Below, one piece after another: positions 16,768 to 27,981 of a stretch of DNA of 64,000 bases. A model generated the notes under the pieces. That model did not search any database, was not told the origin of the DNA, and saw only the letters and a program-made list of their open reading frames with translations. A program made the position numbers and the translations under genes. Within the stretch, counting starts at the first letter, position 1, and every line of letters begins with the position of its first letter. This DNA is from Candidatus Cloacimonadales bacterium (GTDB lineage Bacteria > Cloacimonadota > Cloacimonadia > Cloacimonadales > JAFGVF01): NCBI GenBank assembly GCA_963667035.1, contig OY762964.1, positions 2,592,001 through 2,656,000 on the forward strand, written 5' to 3'.

Positions 16768-19700
16768 TTACTTCATAAGTATCATTTTCTTTGACGATGA
16801 ATAATCTTGAGTATCAAGTCTGTAGAAATAGATACCTGAGGCGACACTAGAGCCATTATCAGAAGTACCATTCCATACAACACTATGATTACCCTGTGAG
16901 AGAGAAGTATTCAAAAGAGTTCTGACTTTCTGACCTTTAAGGTTGAAAATAGTTAACTGAACATCTCCTCTTTCTTTAAGACTGAAGTTAATGTTAGTTT
17001 CCGGGTTGAATGGATTCGGATAGTTTCCTTTGAGCATTGTAACGTTAACAACTGAGTGTTGGTTATCGTTAGCTGAAGCAAAATCCAAATCATTCATGTC
17101 TCTTGAAACTATAAAGTCACCTTCACTTCTTGTAGCCAGAATACCAATAATATCACCTTGTTCTACGGGAACAGGCATTCCAATATAGTTTACATCATAG
17201 AAATTTGTTCTGAAATCGAAAGAGTTAGTTCCATCAGAGAAAGGATATACTGTTCCGTTTTCAAAGTTACCGGTAGCATTTGTGAAATTAACATTATTGA
17301 TTCTTACAAGACGAGCTTCATAAGCCTCAAAGTCACTTGTTATATCACCAATAGTAGCAACAACAGGATCAACTGAATTTCCACTTGATGATGTAGCGAC
17401 ATCTGAAGTTGGTATAAATTGAAGCATACCGTCATATTCGCTTAAATAACCGACAAGGTTAGTAATACCATCCCCAACGGCAAAAGTAGAAGTTAAAACA
17501 CCATTATTGTCGTCTATAAGGACAGCACCGGTAGCATCCTGTATGAATTTTTGATTACGGAAGTCCTGCATAAAGGAAATGACAACTTCTCCGGTAACTA
17601 CAAAGTCACTGGCTTGACCAAATAATGCACGCATTGAAGCAATATCACTAACTTGAGCTGTTCCACCGTTTTCACTGTTCTCTTCTCCCGGTGTTCCACC
17701 GTCAGCAGCACTTGCTTGCCAACTGGTAGGAAGATCATTGTTCATTGAAGGATCGATAAGTTCAAGTGAAGGTCCAACACCATCAGCCTGAGCTGGCCAA
17801 CCATCAGTATCTGAATAAGCAACCGAGTCTACCAAAGTCATATTTGAATCGTAAAGATAGATAGTCTCACCACTGTTGCCAAGATTCCATGTATTAATAG
17901 CAAGAGCATCGAAATCAGGAGTAAATGGGAACGGTACAGCTTGCTCATCGTGGTCTATTGCTATTGTATAGAATCCGTGAGCCGTGATTGTTTGACTATC
18001 AGGTAATATTAACAAGTCATGATCCGGATTACCATCTAACATTGACCAACCACTGATACTGATATCAGTATCTGTAGTGTTATATAACTCAATCCATTCA
18101 TTATCAAAACTGGCAGAATTATACATAATCTCGTTAATTATAATATCCGGAGCAGGAGTATCGTCAACAACCATATCCCAATCTAATGTAGCTTGCTGCT
18201 CAGCTTGGATTGTTACATCTGCTGTTTGTGAGAAATAACCGTTAGCCAAACAAGTAACAGAGTAGTCACCTGCAAGCATATTCTCTAGCAAATATGAACC
18301 ATCAGCACCTGAAGTTGTGGAATAGTTACCTGTCTGGATAATTGCATCCTGAATTGGATTGCCTGTGTTAACATCAGTTACTAACCCTGCTAATGTACCA
18401 TATACATTACCGCTTGAAGGAGTAAAATCACTTAAAGCTCTAGCACAAATCTGGATAGTACCGTTATATTCAAAAGCAACAGCAACAATATCCATTGGAT
18501 CATTAGGTATAGTTGTGTCTATATAATCTACATCATAAAACTGGGTTCTGAAAACACATGATGCTGACCCGTCTGAAACATTATAGTTTGCACCTGAAGC
18601 AAAAGTACCTCCTGCATCAGCAAACAGAACATTGTTAACTTGGATTAACTCAGACTCATAAGAATCAAAGTTTGCAGATAAATCAGCTATAGAAATCTGG
18701 GCTGGAGTAATAGAATTTCCAGAGGAAATTGGAGCTCCCGGGTCAGCAGAAGGTATTAACTGTGTTAATCCATTATAATCGGAAAGATTGCCCATTAAGC
18801 CTGAAATTTCATCTCCTATTACATAAGCTGATGATATAACTCCGCTATTATCATCAATAAGTATTCCACCGGTTGCATCTTGGATATACTTTTGATTTCT
18901 ATATGATTGAGCAAAACTTACTATTGCAGAGCCTGTGTATTCATAAATAGTCTCGTCCTGCATTCCCAATCTTAAATCAGCGATTGTTGAAACCTGAATT
19001 ATTGAAGGGAAGTTGTATAAGGCTGATGTAATGATACTTGGGTTCATCCCATCACAATAAGCTCTTGCTCTAACTGTTGTTGTTGCAGTGATATTAATAG
19101 GTGTAGTGAATTGAGTACTGTTTTCGTCAGGATCAGTACCGTCAGTTGTATAATATACCACAGCACCGTCGGTAGCAGAAGATATAGTAACATTTACCGG
19201 ATCAGTAAATATTCCGGCTGCAGGATCAAAAGTAGGCATAGCACAAGTAGGCTCTCCTGAACCACCTGTAAATGTATGCATACCTAAATCGTCAAAGTAG
19301 TTAGCTTGCATAACAATCCATTGAGAATCATCTGTGCTACTTCCTGCACTAAGAGCCCAATTAGTTGTTCCTTCTCCTACAACAGGTTTACGAATTAATG
19401 TATGATTAATAGTTCCAGCTGTTTCACCTGCCACTGCCCAGGAAGTGCCCGGATCTTCTCCTTGAACACCAATGACATCAATCAATACTCCATTATGGAA
19501 TAAACCTAATGCATCATCACCATTAAAGTATGTGATACTGCTTGTTGCATCTGCAATAGCAAGAATAGGAGCATCCGAACTTCCATTAGCAATAACAAAC
19601 ACATCATTATGTGCAAGCATTGAGTCACCTGTGTAAGTGTTGTTCCAATCTCCACCATTTGAAGCTAACTTCACTTCATACTCAGATAAATCTACAGAAG

Positions 19701-21699
19701 CACCTGTTCCATTAAATATTTCGACAACCTTATTGTTACCACCATCACCTTCAACATATTCAGAGAAGAACAGTTCAGTAGCAAAATTCTCGTTGCCACC
19801 ACCAAGTTCTTCAAAATATGCTACCTGGTTCTCACCTATAGCAACAGCAAAATCATCATTACCTGCGATGTAAGTCATACGTACAGGATTAAAGGTAGTT
19901 TGTGGAAGAGTTTCTTGTGCCCAAGATTGACCGTTGTTAGTTGATTTAAGAATTGCCCAGTCAGTGCCATAGTTTCCTGCAATAGCACTATATCCTGCTG
20001 CATAAATATCACCTTCGGATGTTGCAAAAAGATGATTAACCTCATCGGTTGCCGATTCAGTTGATGCAGACCAATCGGAAGCACTGCTTCCACCATTTGA
20101 TGTATAATAGATATCACCATCGGCAGTAGTAATGATGCCTTCATTACTGCTAACAAAAAGAACATCTTTAATATCTGCTGTTCCTACAGTAATTGAAGTC
20201 CAGTTTACTCCACCATCGGTTGTTCTATAAAGAACTCCATCCTCTCCACCAAGAACAATGTTATTTTCATCGAAAATATGAACTCCATAGAGCTTAATGG
20301 AACTATTAATGCCACTATTTGCCATAACTGTCCAATTGGAACCACCGTCTGTAGTTTTTACATTCAAGTTTCCAGGACCAAAAGCAAAACCTACGTTATC
20401 ATTGATAAAATCAATTTCATAGTAACCAAGCGTACTTGATACACCTGCTATTTGTTGTGGAGTCCAGTTTGCACCGGCATCAGTGGTATGATAAATAACG
20501 CCATCTGTTCTACCTGAAACCCAACCTTCCATAGAATCCTTAAAATAACAAGAGTATAGAGTTCTAAGATTAGTGCCGGCCATTGGTGGGATGTATTCTC
20601 TTTCTAAGGTGTTTCCACCATCAGATGTTTTGATAAAGAATCCTTTATCACCAGCTCCAAACCAATGAGCACTATCAACAATAGACATGGAGTATAAATC
20701 AACTGCTGTTGTTGTTAACTCATCCCAGTTAGCTCCATTACTTGATCTAATAACTGAGCCATACCAACCAACAGCAAACAGTTCACCATTGCTATCATAA
20801 TCAACATTCTGTAAGTGGTAATTATAATCTGTATCTAATAATTGAGTTGTTGTCCAAGTATTATCTGTGTAGACAACTGTTCCATTCCAACCTATAGCAT
20901 ATCCTTCTGAACCATCCATAACAGCATCATACATTCTTGGTTCTCCTGAACCACCTGCTGTAGGATGATGAGTCCATGTCTGACCATTATCCGGACTGAA
21001 ACCTACATAACCATCATCTCCAAGCAAGATAACACTATCACCATATTGAACTACATTATAGAGAGTGGGATTGCCTGTTATAGTAAGATTAACAATTTGC
21101 CAATTCGCACCAAAGTCGGTAGTTTTAAGAACCTTTGATTGATCAGGAGAGCCATTATTACAAGTTATATATCCTGTACCTGTAGTATCCATGGACATTC
21201 CATACAACCAATCTGTTAAACCTGATGTCTGAGTAGTCCAAGTTTGACCAAAATCACTTGAATATACTATATATCCGTCATCACCTGCTGCCCAGATTTT
21301 TCCATCAGCATGATAAACTACTGTTTCAAGATCCACACCATTAACTAATGTTGCAACTTGTGAAGCAGTTGTCCAGTTTTGACCACCATCGGTTGTCAAT
21401 ATCAGAAGACCGTCTTCTCCTACAATAACACCGTTATTACTATTAATGAAATCTATATCGTTACCATCAATATAAGTACCTGTAGATTCATTATAGAGTG
21501 GTGAAGGTAAAAATTGGAATGATCCACCATTATTACCTGAATAACCTAAAGCTCCGTCTGAGCCTGTAAACCAAACTTCGTTTCCAATAATCTCAAGACC
21601 ATAGATATTAGCCGGGAACTCAGCTTGTCTGACAAGATCCCAAGCAAACATTGAAGAAATGAGAGCAAATAAACACAATAACACAATAAATCGTTTCAT
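16768..21699 (-). CDS. Secreted modular protein: YCF48/BNR beta-propeller repeats, two lamin-tail domains, chitobiase-C/Fn3-associated domain, two OB-fold-like repeats, carboxypeptidase-regulatory-like domain, FlgD-Ig/T9SS-type C-terminal domain
   Basis: Many TxDGGxNW Asp-boxes; LFFSEYVEG..NNKVVEIFNGTG; IIINEIMYN..EWIELYN; YYTTDGTDP; two QKxIQDATG.ILIDDN..V repeats; NYPNPFNPET. Start at ATG 21699 with GGAGG RBS. Confidence 0.85.
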   Translation of the reverse strand: MKRFIVLLCLFALISSMFAWDLVRQAEFPANIYGLEIIGNEVWFTGSDGALGYSGNNGGSFQFLPSPLYNESTGTYIDGNDIDFINSNNGVIVGEDGLLILTTDGGQNWTTASQVATLVNGVDLETVVYHADGKIWAAGDDGYIVYSSDFGQTWTTQTSGLTDWLYGMSMDTTGTGYITCNNGSPDQSKVLKTTDFGANWQIVNLTITGNPTLYNVVQYGDSVILLGDDGYVGFSPDNGQTWTHHPTAGGSGEPRMYDAVMDGSEGYAIGWNGTVVYTDNTWTTTQLLDTDYNYHLQNVDYDSNGELFAVGWYGSVIRSSNGANWDELTTTAVDLYSMSIVDSAHWFGAGDKGFFIKTSDGGNTLEREYIPPMAGTNLRTLYSCYFKDSMEGWVSGRTDGVIYHTTDAGANWTPQQIAGVSSTLGYYEIDFINDNVGFAFGPGNLNVKTTDGGSNWTVMANSGINSSIKLYGVHIFDENNIVLGGEDGVLYRTTDGGVNWTSITVGTADIKDVLFVSSNEGIITTADGDIYYTSNGGSSASDWSASTESATDEVNHLFATSEGDIYAAGYSAIAGNYGTDWAILKSTNNGQSWAQETLPQTTFNPVRMTYIAGNDDFAVAIGENQVAYFEELGGGNENFATELFFSEYVEGDGGNNKVVEIFNGTGASVDLSEYEVKLASNGGDWNNTYTGDSMLAHNDVFVIANGSSDAPILAIADATSSITYFNGDDALGLFHNGVLIDVIGVQGEDPGTSWAVAGETAGTINHTLIRKPVVGEGTTNWALSAGSSTDDSQWIVMQANYFDDLGMHTFTGGSGEPTCAMPTFDPAAGIFTDPVNVTISSATDGAVVYYTTDGTDPDENSTQFTTPINITATTTVRARAYCDGMNPSIITSALYNFPSIIQVSTIADLRLGMQDETIYEYTGSAIVSFAQSYRNQKYIQDATGGILIDDNSGVISSAYVIGDEISGLMGNLSDYNGLTQLIPSADPGAPISSGNSITPAQISIADLSANFDSYESELIQVNNVLFADAGGTFASGANYNVSDGSASCVFRTQFYDVDYIDTTIPNDPMDIVAVAFEYNGTIQICARALSDFTPSSGNVYGTLAGLVTDVNTGNPIQDAIIQTGNYSTTSGADGSYLLENMLAGDYSVTCLANGYFSQTADVTIQAEQQATLDWDMVVDDTPAPDIIINEIMYNSASFDNEWIELYNTTDTDISISGWSMLDGNPDHDLLILPDSQTITAHGFYTIAIDHDEQAVPFPFTPDFDALAINTWNLGNSGETIYLYDSNMTLVDSVAYSDTDGWPAQADGVGPSLELIDPSMNNDLPTSWQASAADGGTPGEENSENGGTAQVSDIASMRALFGQASDFVVTGEVVISFMQDFRNQKFIQDATGAVLIDDNNGVLTSTFAVGDGITNLVGYLSEYDGMLQFIPTSDVATSSSGNSVDPVVATIGDITSDFEAYEARLVRINNVNFTNATGNFENGTVYPFSDGTNSFDFRTNFYDVNYIGMPVPVEQGDIIGILATRSEGDFIVSRDMNDLDFASANDNQHSVVNVTMLKGNYPNPFNPETNINFSLKERGDVQLTIFNLKGQKVRTLLNTSLSQGNHSVVWNGTSDNGSSVASGIYFYRLDTQDYSSSKKMILMK

Positions 21700-21824
21700 T
21701 ACTGCCTCCATAAGTTTTACTTTATATATGTTCGCAACATTCAATATTAAAACACAGGATTAATATGCAAGCAAAAAAAATTGGAAATAGTATTATTAAC
21801 GACTTCTTAAAACTGGTAATAATT

Positions 21825-21848
21825 AAAAAAGCCCCTCGATTGAGGGGC
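21825..21848 (-). terminator. Rho-independent terminator ending the pil operon
   Basis: GCCCCTCA-atc-GAGGGGC followed by T6 on the minus strand. Confidence 0.8.
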
Positions 21849-21869
21849 AATATTTAAGCTGTATAGCTT

Positions 21870-23123
21870 CTATCTGAGTCCTTGTGACATGGCTTGACCT
21901 AAGTCGAACACAGGTAGATAAACAACAATAACCAATGTTCCAACTACTGCAGCCATTAACACAATAAGTAATGGTTCAATAAGAGAAGTAAGTCTCTCAA
22001 TAACCGAGTCAACTAACTTATCATAGAATTCAGCAGCTTTTTTAAGCAGTTTATCCATATCACCGGTTTCTTCACCAGTAGCAGTAAGCTGTAATAAAGT
22101 AGAAGGGAAAGCACCGGTTTTTCTAAAAGCACCGGCAACACTATATCCTTCTTTAACCATGATTCTGGAGCGTCTAACTGCAGACTCAACAACAGCGTTT
22201 TGTACAACATTCTCTGTTAACTCTAATACTTCCATGATTGGAACACCAGCAGTCATAAGAATAGAGAAAGTTCTAGCAAACTTACTCATAATACTGTTTT
22301 GAAGTAATGATCCAATAACAGGAATTTTTAGGAGTACGGAATCAATAATGAATCTTCCTCGGTCAGTCAAGCTTACTAAGAACACTCCAGCTATTACACC
22401 AAAAATCATCAGAATTGAGATAAAGATATTAGCTCTTATCCAATCAGATATATTTATAGCAACAACAGTAGGTCCTGGAAGTGAAGCATTGAAGTTTGAA
22501 TAAACTTCTGCAAACTTAGGAATAATCCAAACAAACATACCCCAAGCAACTATGAAAAGGAAAATAACAATGAAGATTGGGTAAGTCATAGCAGACATAA
22601 CCTTAGTTCTTGTATCTTCCATCTTCTCATAATAATCAGCAAGTTCAGAAAGAATAGTATGAAGAGTACCGGAAACTTCACCAGCTTTCACCAGAGATAC
22701 AAACAGCGGTTGGAATACACCGGGGTGCTGTTCCATAGCTTCTGAAAGAGAAAAACCTTTCTTAATATCATCTGATATTTTATGGAGAACCTTCTTAAAC
22801 TTCTTATTCTTTTCTTCTTTTTCAAGGTCTTGTATAGACTTCTCAATGGTAAGACCTGCTGATATCATTGTTGATAACTGTCGAGTAAAGAATACAATAG
22901 TTTTAAGAGAGACACCTGTTTTCCATTTATAGAAAGTCAGCATCAATTTGTCAAACATAGATAGTTTACCTTTAAATGCACCTTCAGAGGCACTTTTAAT
23001 GGTAATGATTGTACTTCCTTCTTTGCTTAACTTATCAACTGCTTCATCCATGGTGTTAGCTTTAATCACACCTTCTGTGCGAGCTCCCTTGGCATCTTTT
23101 ATAGTATATTGAAATGCAGGCAT
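21870..23123 (-). CDS. pilC: Type IV pilus platform protein PilC (T2SSF family)
   Basis: FTRQLSTMISAGL, LVKAGEVSGTL, AMTYP, GEETGDMD, LIEPLL. Confidence 0.93.
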   Translation of the reverse strand: MPAFQYTIKDAKGARTEGVIKANTMDEAVDKLSKEGSTIITIKSASEGAFKGKLSMFDKLMLTFYKWKTGVSLKTIVFFTRQLSTMISAGLTIEKSIQDLEKEEKNKKFKKVLHKISDDIKKGFSLSEAMEQHPGVFQPLFVSLVKAGEVSGTLHTILSELADYYEKMEDTRTKVMSAMTYPIFIVIFLFIVAWGMFVWIIPKFAEVYSNFNASLPGPTVVAINISDWIRANIFISILMIFGVIAGVFLVSLTDRGRFIIDSVLLKIPVIGSLLQNSIMSKFARTFSILMTAGVPIMEVLELTENVVQNAVVESAVRRSRIMVKEGYSVAGAFRKTGAFPSTLLQLTATGEETGDMDKLLKKAAEFYDKLVDSVIERLTSLIEPLLIVLMAAVVGTLVIVVYLPVFDLGQAMSQGLR

Positions 23124-23143
23124 AATCTTACCTTTTTTCTTTA

Positions 23144-24853
23144 TTAATCATCAATAACTGTCATCTTGATTACTTCGCGAATTGTAGTTATCCCGCGTTT
23201 CATCTTGCTGACGGCAGCATCATGAAGTGTTCTCATACCTTTCTTGATTGCTAAATCTCTTATCTGATCCTGACTTGCTCCGTCAAAAATTAACTGACGT
23301 ATATCAGTATCAACTCTGAGTAGCTCAAAAATACCTGTACGACCAGAATAACCTGTGTTATCGCAATGTACGCAACCTGCACCGATTTTGAATTTGTACT
23401 CTGACAAATCTTCGCCTTCAAGACCAGCCTCAATAATTTCCTGTTCTGTTGGTGTATAATCGGTTTCACAGTGTTTGCAGACTTTTCTCATAAGTCTTTG
23501 AGCCATAACTAGACATAATGATGATCCAACCAAGAATGGTTTAATACCTATGTCAATTAAACGAGTCACTGTAGCTGGTGCATCATTAGCATGCAATGTT
23601 GAGAAAACAAGGTGACCGGTTAATGAGAACTTAATAGCGATATCAGCAGTTTCTTGGTCACGAATCTCACCAAGAAGAACTATATCAGGGTCTTGACGCA
23701 TCACAGATCTAAGTGCAGCCCCGAAAGTAAGACCAATCTGGGCCTTTGTCTCAATCTGACACACACCTTCAAGTCTATATTCAACAGGATCTTCAACAGT
23801 AACAATGTTGTTTTCTACTGAATATATAGTCTTCAAAGCAGCATGCAATGATGTTGATTTACCACTACCGGTAGGACCTGAAACAATGATAATTCCATAA
23901 GGTCTTTTGATAACCCTTTTGAATATTTCCATATCCTCTTCTTCAAAACCAAGAGTTGCAAGTTTGAATCCAAACTCACCTTTATCAAGAAGACGCATAA
24001 CAACTTTTTCACCTAAAACAGTAGGTGTCAAAGATACACGAACATCCATGCTCTTCATTTGAGTTTTAAGGGATATCTGACCATCCTGAGGAAGTCTTCT
24101 TTCTGCGATATTAAGCTTTGACATAACTTTAATGAGTGAAACAATACCGGAATGCATACCGATTGGTGGATTCATTACTTCACGTAATGAACCATCAATA
24201 CGGAAACGTACACGAGTATGCTTTGTCATGGGCTCAATATGAATATCAGTAGCCCCTGATTTTATAGCTTCAGTAAAAATTAAATTAGTAAGTTTTACTA
24301 CCGGTGCATCTGCATCCTTGCCACCTTCAATTGATATTTCGTTTTGATCTTCATCAACTTGAACGAAATCATAATTTCCAACAGCACTTTCTACTTCTGA
24401 GGTAGTTCTGATACTCTTATAATACTTTTCCAAAGCATCACTGAGAGTTGAGTCTCCAATAAGAATAGGTTTAATATTCATACCGGTTACTTTCTTTAAA
24501 CTATCCAGAACTTCGATATCTTCAGGGTCTGTCATTGCAACGATTAGACCATCAGGGTCTTCTCTAAAAGCAAGAACTCTTTTTTCGTATGCAAAAGCCT
24601 CTGGAATAACACCAACAGTTTTTACATCCAATTCAAGAAGCTGGTTTTCATCAACAACTGGATATTCCAGTTGCTGACTGAGTGCTTTCATTAATGCTTC
24701 TTCCTTAAGATATCCAAGTTTTATTAATGTTTCACCTATTTTTAGTCCGAAATTATTCTGCTTTATAAGGGCTTCTTTAAGTTCCTCATCTGTAATTGCT
24801 TGATTGTGAATTAACACCTCACCCAATCTAGCAAATTGTGGGTTAAAAGCCAT
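23144..24853 (-). CDS. pilB: Type IV pilus assembly ATPase PilB with MshEN-like N-terminus
   Basis: RLGEVLI...KIGETLIKLG; DIHIEP; AERRLPQDG; GPTGSGKST; EDPVEY; RQDPD; TGHLVFSTLHAND; Zn CxxC pairs. Confidence 0.93.
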   Translation of the reverse strand: MAFNPQFARLGEVLIHNQAITDEELKEALIKQNNFGLKIGETLIKLGYLKEEALMKALSQQLEYPVVDENQLLELDVKTVGVIPEAFAYEKRVLAFREDPDGLIVAMTDPEDIEVLDSLKKVTGMNIKPILIGDSTLSDALEKYYKSIRTTSEVESAVGNYDFVQVDEDQNEISIEGGKDADAPVVKLTNLIFTEAIKSGATDIHIEPMTKHTRVRFRIDGSLREVMNPPIGMHSGIVSLIKVMSKLNIAERRLPQDGQISLKTQMKSMDVRVSLTPTVLGEKVVMRLLDKGEFGFKLATLGFEEEDMEIFKRVIKRPYGIIIVSGPTGSGKSTSLHAALKTIYSVENNIVTVEDPVEYRLEGVCQIETKAQIGLTFGAALRSVMRQDPDIVLLGEIRDQETADIAIKFSLTGHLVFSTLHANDAPATVTRLIDIGIKPFLVGSSLCLVMAQRLMRKVCKHCETDYTPTEQEIIEAGLEGEDLSEYKFKIGAGCVHCDNTGYSGRTGIFELLRVDTDIRQLIFDGASQDQIRDLAIKKGMRTLHDAAVSKMKRGITTIREVIKMTVIDD

Positions 24854-24873
24854 ATTACATTCCTTTTTTTATT

Positions 24874-24908
24874 ATCAAGCGGGGTAAATAAATCTTACCC
24901 CACTTGAT
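24874..24908. other. Intra-operon stem-loop between the Ig-repeat lipoprotein gene and pilB
   Basis: ATCAAGCGGGGTAA-ataaatc-TTACCCCACTTGAT. No U-tract on the minus strand, so possibly an mRNA-stability element. Confidence 0.55.
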
Positions 24909-24919
24909 TTGTTTATAAA

Positions 24920-27900
24920 TTAGTTTGGTAAGGCAGCGTCAGTACTATAGTTATAAACCATAACCTGTGTAGTAGTTGTTGCAGCTGTACCTAGTAATCT
25001 GAAGGTAATCTGAGCCGGAGTTTGTCCAGGTGTAAAAGTTTGTATATCATATGGTCTAATTTCATATGCATTCAAAGCCCACCAGAATTCGGCCACGCCA
25101 TGCTCATAGTTTCCTTCTTGATTTAGCCAGAAGTTTGTTACATCAACATCAGCTCCATCATTTTCAGGATCATTTATTGGGACAAATTCATCAAGTGTTC
25201 TAGGACCAAATGACCCTCCATCCCAAGGTGAATTTTGAGCACCAGCATTAACAAATATACCTCTGTCAGCCACTGCAGTAATAAAAGCACCATCAATAGG
25301 ATTACCTTGTCCATCGGAGAGTTTAACCTTACACAAAGATGCCACTGATAACCATTGATAACCCGCACCTGTTGCTGGATTCTCTGGCCAGAATTCAAGT
25401 TCACCAGGCATGGCTACTGCTTCAATCTGAGGAGAATTAAGAGGTAATTGAAGAGTACTTTCTCCAGTAACTATTTCACCATCTGCTCCAACAGTAGCTG
25501 CAATAACAGTTACATTATCAAATGTATTAGTTCCATGGTATGTAAGAGTAGTATATGCAATACCTGCTAAAGAGTCACCTTCTATACTTTCATTTCCAAC
25601 ATAAGCTTCAGCAACAATACTTGCAGCAACATCAGCAGGACGTTGTAATGAGAAGGATACACTTGTTCCAAAATCTACAGGGTTACCCCAGTGATCTTTA
25701 ACATTAGCACCAGCTATAATTCTCCAAATACCACCACCCATTTCATCTCCAGTATCAAAGTCGCCAATAAATGGTTCAATAACCTCTGGAGGACCTGCAT
25801 GAATTACTATGTTAGATTTGCGAGCATAAATAGCTCCATCAAGAGCTGCTGCTGCATCGTTTATATATGTATTATGAGCTATTTTAGTAGAAACAAGTAC
25901 ACTTAGGATACCTGATTCATCACCTGCATTCACAGATACCTGAGCTATGCCACCACTTGATGTTACTTGAACAGGATCTTCATCCCAGCCAAAATTCTCA
26001 TTATTCAAGTTTGCACCACTAGGAACATCAGAATTTCTTAACCAGAAATAGAGAACTGTTGGATTATTCAAGAGGTTACCATTAATATCTTTTAAATTAA
26101 CACTCAGAATTGCAGATTCCTGTCCACCAGTTCCTGCAACATTAATGTCAATTTGGGTATCAGTAGTAAATGATATTGAATAAAGTTCATCTGAAGTAAC
26201 TGTAAACACAAACTGTGACTGTAAAGTATCTTGATTTGCAGAAATAGTCATATTAGCAATACCAGCCTGAAGACCAGGAGTAAAATTGACCTTTGCAATA
26301 CCGTTTGCATTTGAGTTTCTTATAATCTCTTCATCTTGAGATTCGAAAGTTCCGAGATCAGTTAAGAATTTAACTGCAGCTCCAGGACACATATTATTAT
26401 ATGCATCTTTTACTTTTGTTTGAATCTCAATATCATAAGGGCTATTTACAGGACATTCATCTGTTGTATCTTGAATAGCACCTGAATCTTTATCTTTTAG
26501 GTAAGAAGTAATTTCTAAAACTGCGGGTCTACCGTTTTTAACTGTAAACTGATGAGATACAGGATCTACACCAAATATTGATGCAGTAACAGTACCGACA
26601 TCTGCTCTAAGTCCAGTATTTAAAACTATAGAAGCAGTACCATTTGAAGTAGGTACAGTGATAGCATTTCCTAACACATTTTCAGAATCATCTTCAAAAC
26701 TACCTAAAGTTGTTGAAAATGCGACTAAGGTATTGTCAGAAACATCATCACCATTAGTGTATTTAGCAGAAGCGGTTATTACAACAGTTTGAGCTACTCT
26801 AAATTCATCGGCTATAGCACTAAGAAAAAGAGATTCAACCGGTGGAACTTTCTTAACTTTAACAATAACAGAATCTCTTGAAGTTGATATTACTACATCT
26901 TCATTAACTTCTGAGTATGATTTAACAACTGCTTCGACCTTAGCATCAAGTTCATTTAAATCGTCTTTTAGACAGTTATCATCCCAAAATGCTGTAGTTG
27001 CAACACCTGAGCTGTCAGTAGTAATTTGTCCAATAATTCTACCATTATTAGTTTTAAATCTAACTGGAACTCCAGATGCAGCATAATCTTCATTGTCTTT
27101 AACAACAACTCTGATATTTGAGAAAGTGATATTATTATCTGAATAGATTTCACCTGGTGTTGCTGTTATAGAATCTATTCTATAAGTTGAAGCAATACTC
27201 TCAATAGTGAAGGTTTTCTTCTGTTGATAGTTACCAACTCTAATGTATATGTTACATTCACCTGATTCATTTCCGGTATTCAATGTAAGAGTTGCACTTC
27301 CATTTTGAGTTAATACCATTACAGAATCACCTAAAGCACCATTAGTAGTATTCTCAAAGAATCCCTTATCAGTTCTATAAGTTAAAACTGTGTTATCAGG
27401 AACATTCTCACCTTGAGAATCTTTTGCAGTAGATTTAATATTAACTTTTTCGTTAATAAACGGATTAGTTACTGCAACTTCTTGGTTATCGATAGTTTTC
27501 GTAATGTCTACTTTAATGTTAGCAACATCAGGAACTTCAACTATCTTCACATTTATACTAGCTTCGTCAACTACTACTGTGTTTTCTTCATTATCTACTG
27601 TTGGAGAAGTAACATAAGCAGTTACCGTAGCCATTCCATAATTACTGTCATCATAAAAAGTTGCTGTTGCTACGCCGTACTCATCTGTGGTAGAACTTGC
27701 AATAAGTTTACCGAGATCTTTCTTAAAAAAGACTGTAGCTCCAACTACTGGATCATTATCTTCATCTTCAACATAAACTGATATATCTGCGAAAGTACGA
27801 CCACCATCAAGGTAAATTGAATCAGCAGTTGTAGTAATACGCACAATCTTCATCATAGTTGCTGGTTCATTAGAGGGCTCAACAGGTGAGCGATCATCGC

Positions 27901-27964
27901 AGCCAACAAATAATAAAGCAGTCAAAAGAAGAAGAGCTGATAATATTATTTTATACTTATTCAT
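24920..27964 (-). CDS. Lipoprotein with tandem invasin/intimin-type (Big_1-like) Ig domains, inside the pil operon
   Basis: Lipobox LFVGC; repeats V.D...NPV.G..V.F.T..G.....TTD..GVAT. Likely start MNKYK at 27964 (alternative 27976). Confidence 0.75.
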   Translation of the reverse strand: MNKYKIILSALLLLTALLFVGCDDRSPVEPSNEPATMMKIVRITTTADSIYLDGGRTFADISVYVEDEDNDPVVGATVFFKKDLGKLIASSTTDEYGVATATFYDDSNYGMATVTAYVTSPTVDNEENTVVVDEASINVKIVEVPDVANIKVDITKTIDNQEVAVTNPFINEKVNIKSTAKDSQGENVPDNTVLTYRTDKGFFENTTNGALGDSVMVLTQNGSATLTLNTGNESGECNIYIRVGNYQQKKTFTIESIASTYRIDSITATPGEIYSDNNITFSNIRVVVKDNEDYAASGVPVRFKTNNGRIIGQITTDSSGVATTAFWDDNCLKDDLNELDAKVEAVVKSYSEVNEDVVISTSRDSVIVKVKKVPPVESLFLSAIADEFRVAQTVVITASAKYTNGDDVSDNTLVAFSTTLGSFEDDSENVLGNAITVPTSNGTASIVLNTGLRADVGTVTASIFGVDPVSHQFTVKNGRPAVLEITSYLKDKDSGAIQDTTDECPVNSPYDIEIQTKVKDAYNNMCPGAAVKFLTDLGTFESQDEEIIRNSNANGIAKVNFTPGLQAGIANMTISANQDTLQSQFVFTVTSDELYSISFTTDTQIDINVAGTGGQESAILSVNLKDINGNLLNNPTVLYFWLRNSDVPSGANLNNENFGWDEDPVQVTSSGGIAQVSVNAGDESGILSVLVSTKIAHNTYINDAAAALDGAIYARKSNIVIHAGPPEVIEPFIGDFDTGDEMGGGIWRIIAGANVKDHWGNPVDFGTSVSFSLQRPADVAASIVAEAYVGNESIEGDSLAGIAYTTLTYHGTNTFDNVTVIAATVGADGEIVTGESTLQLPLNSPQIEAVAMPGELEFWPENPATGAGYQWLSVASLCKVKLSDGQGNPIDGAFITAVADRGIFVNAGAQNSPWDGGSFGPRTLDEFVPINDPENDGADVDVTNFWLNQEGNYEHGVAEFWWALNAYEIRPYDIQTFTPGQTPAQITFRLLGTAATTTTQVMVYNYSTDAALPN

Positions 27965-27981
27965 ATCAAACCCCATAAAGT

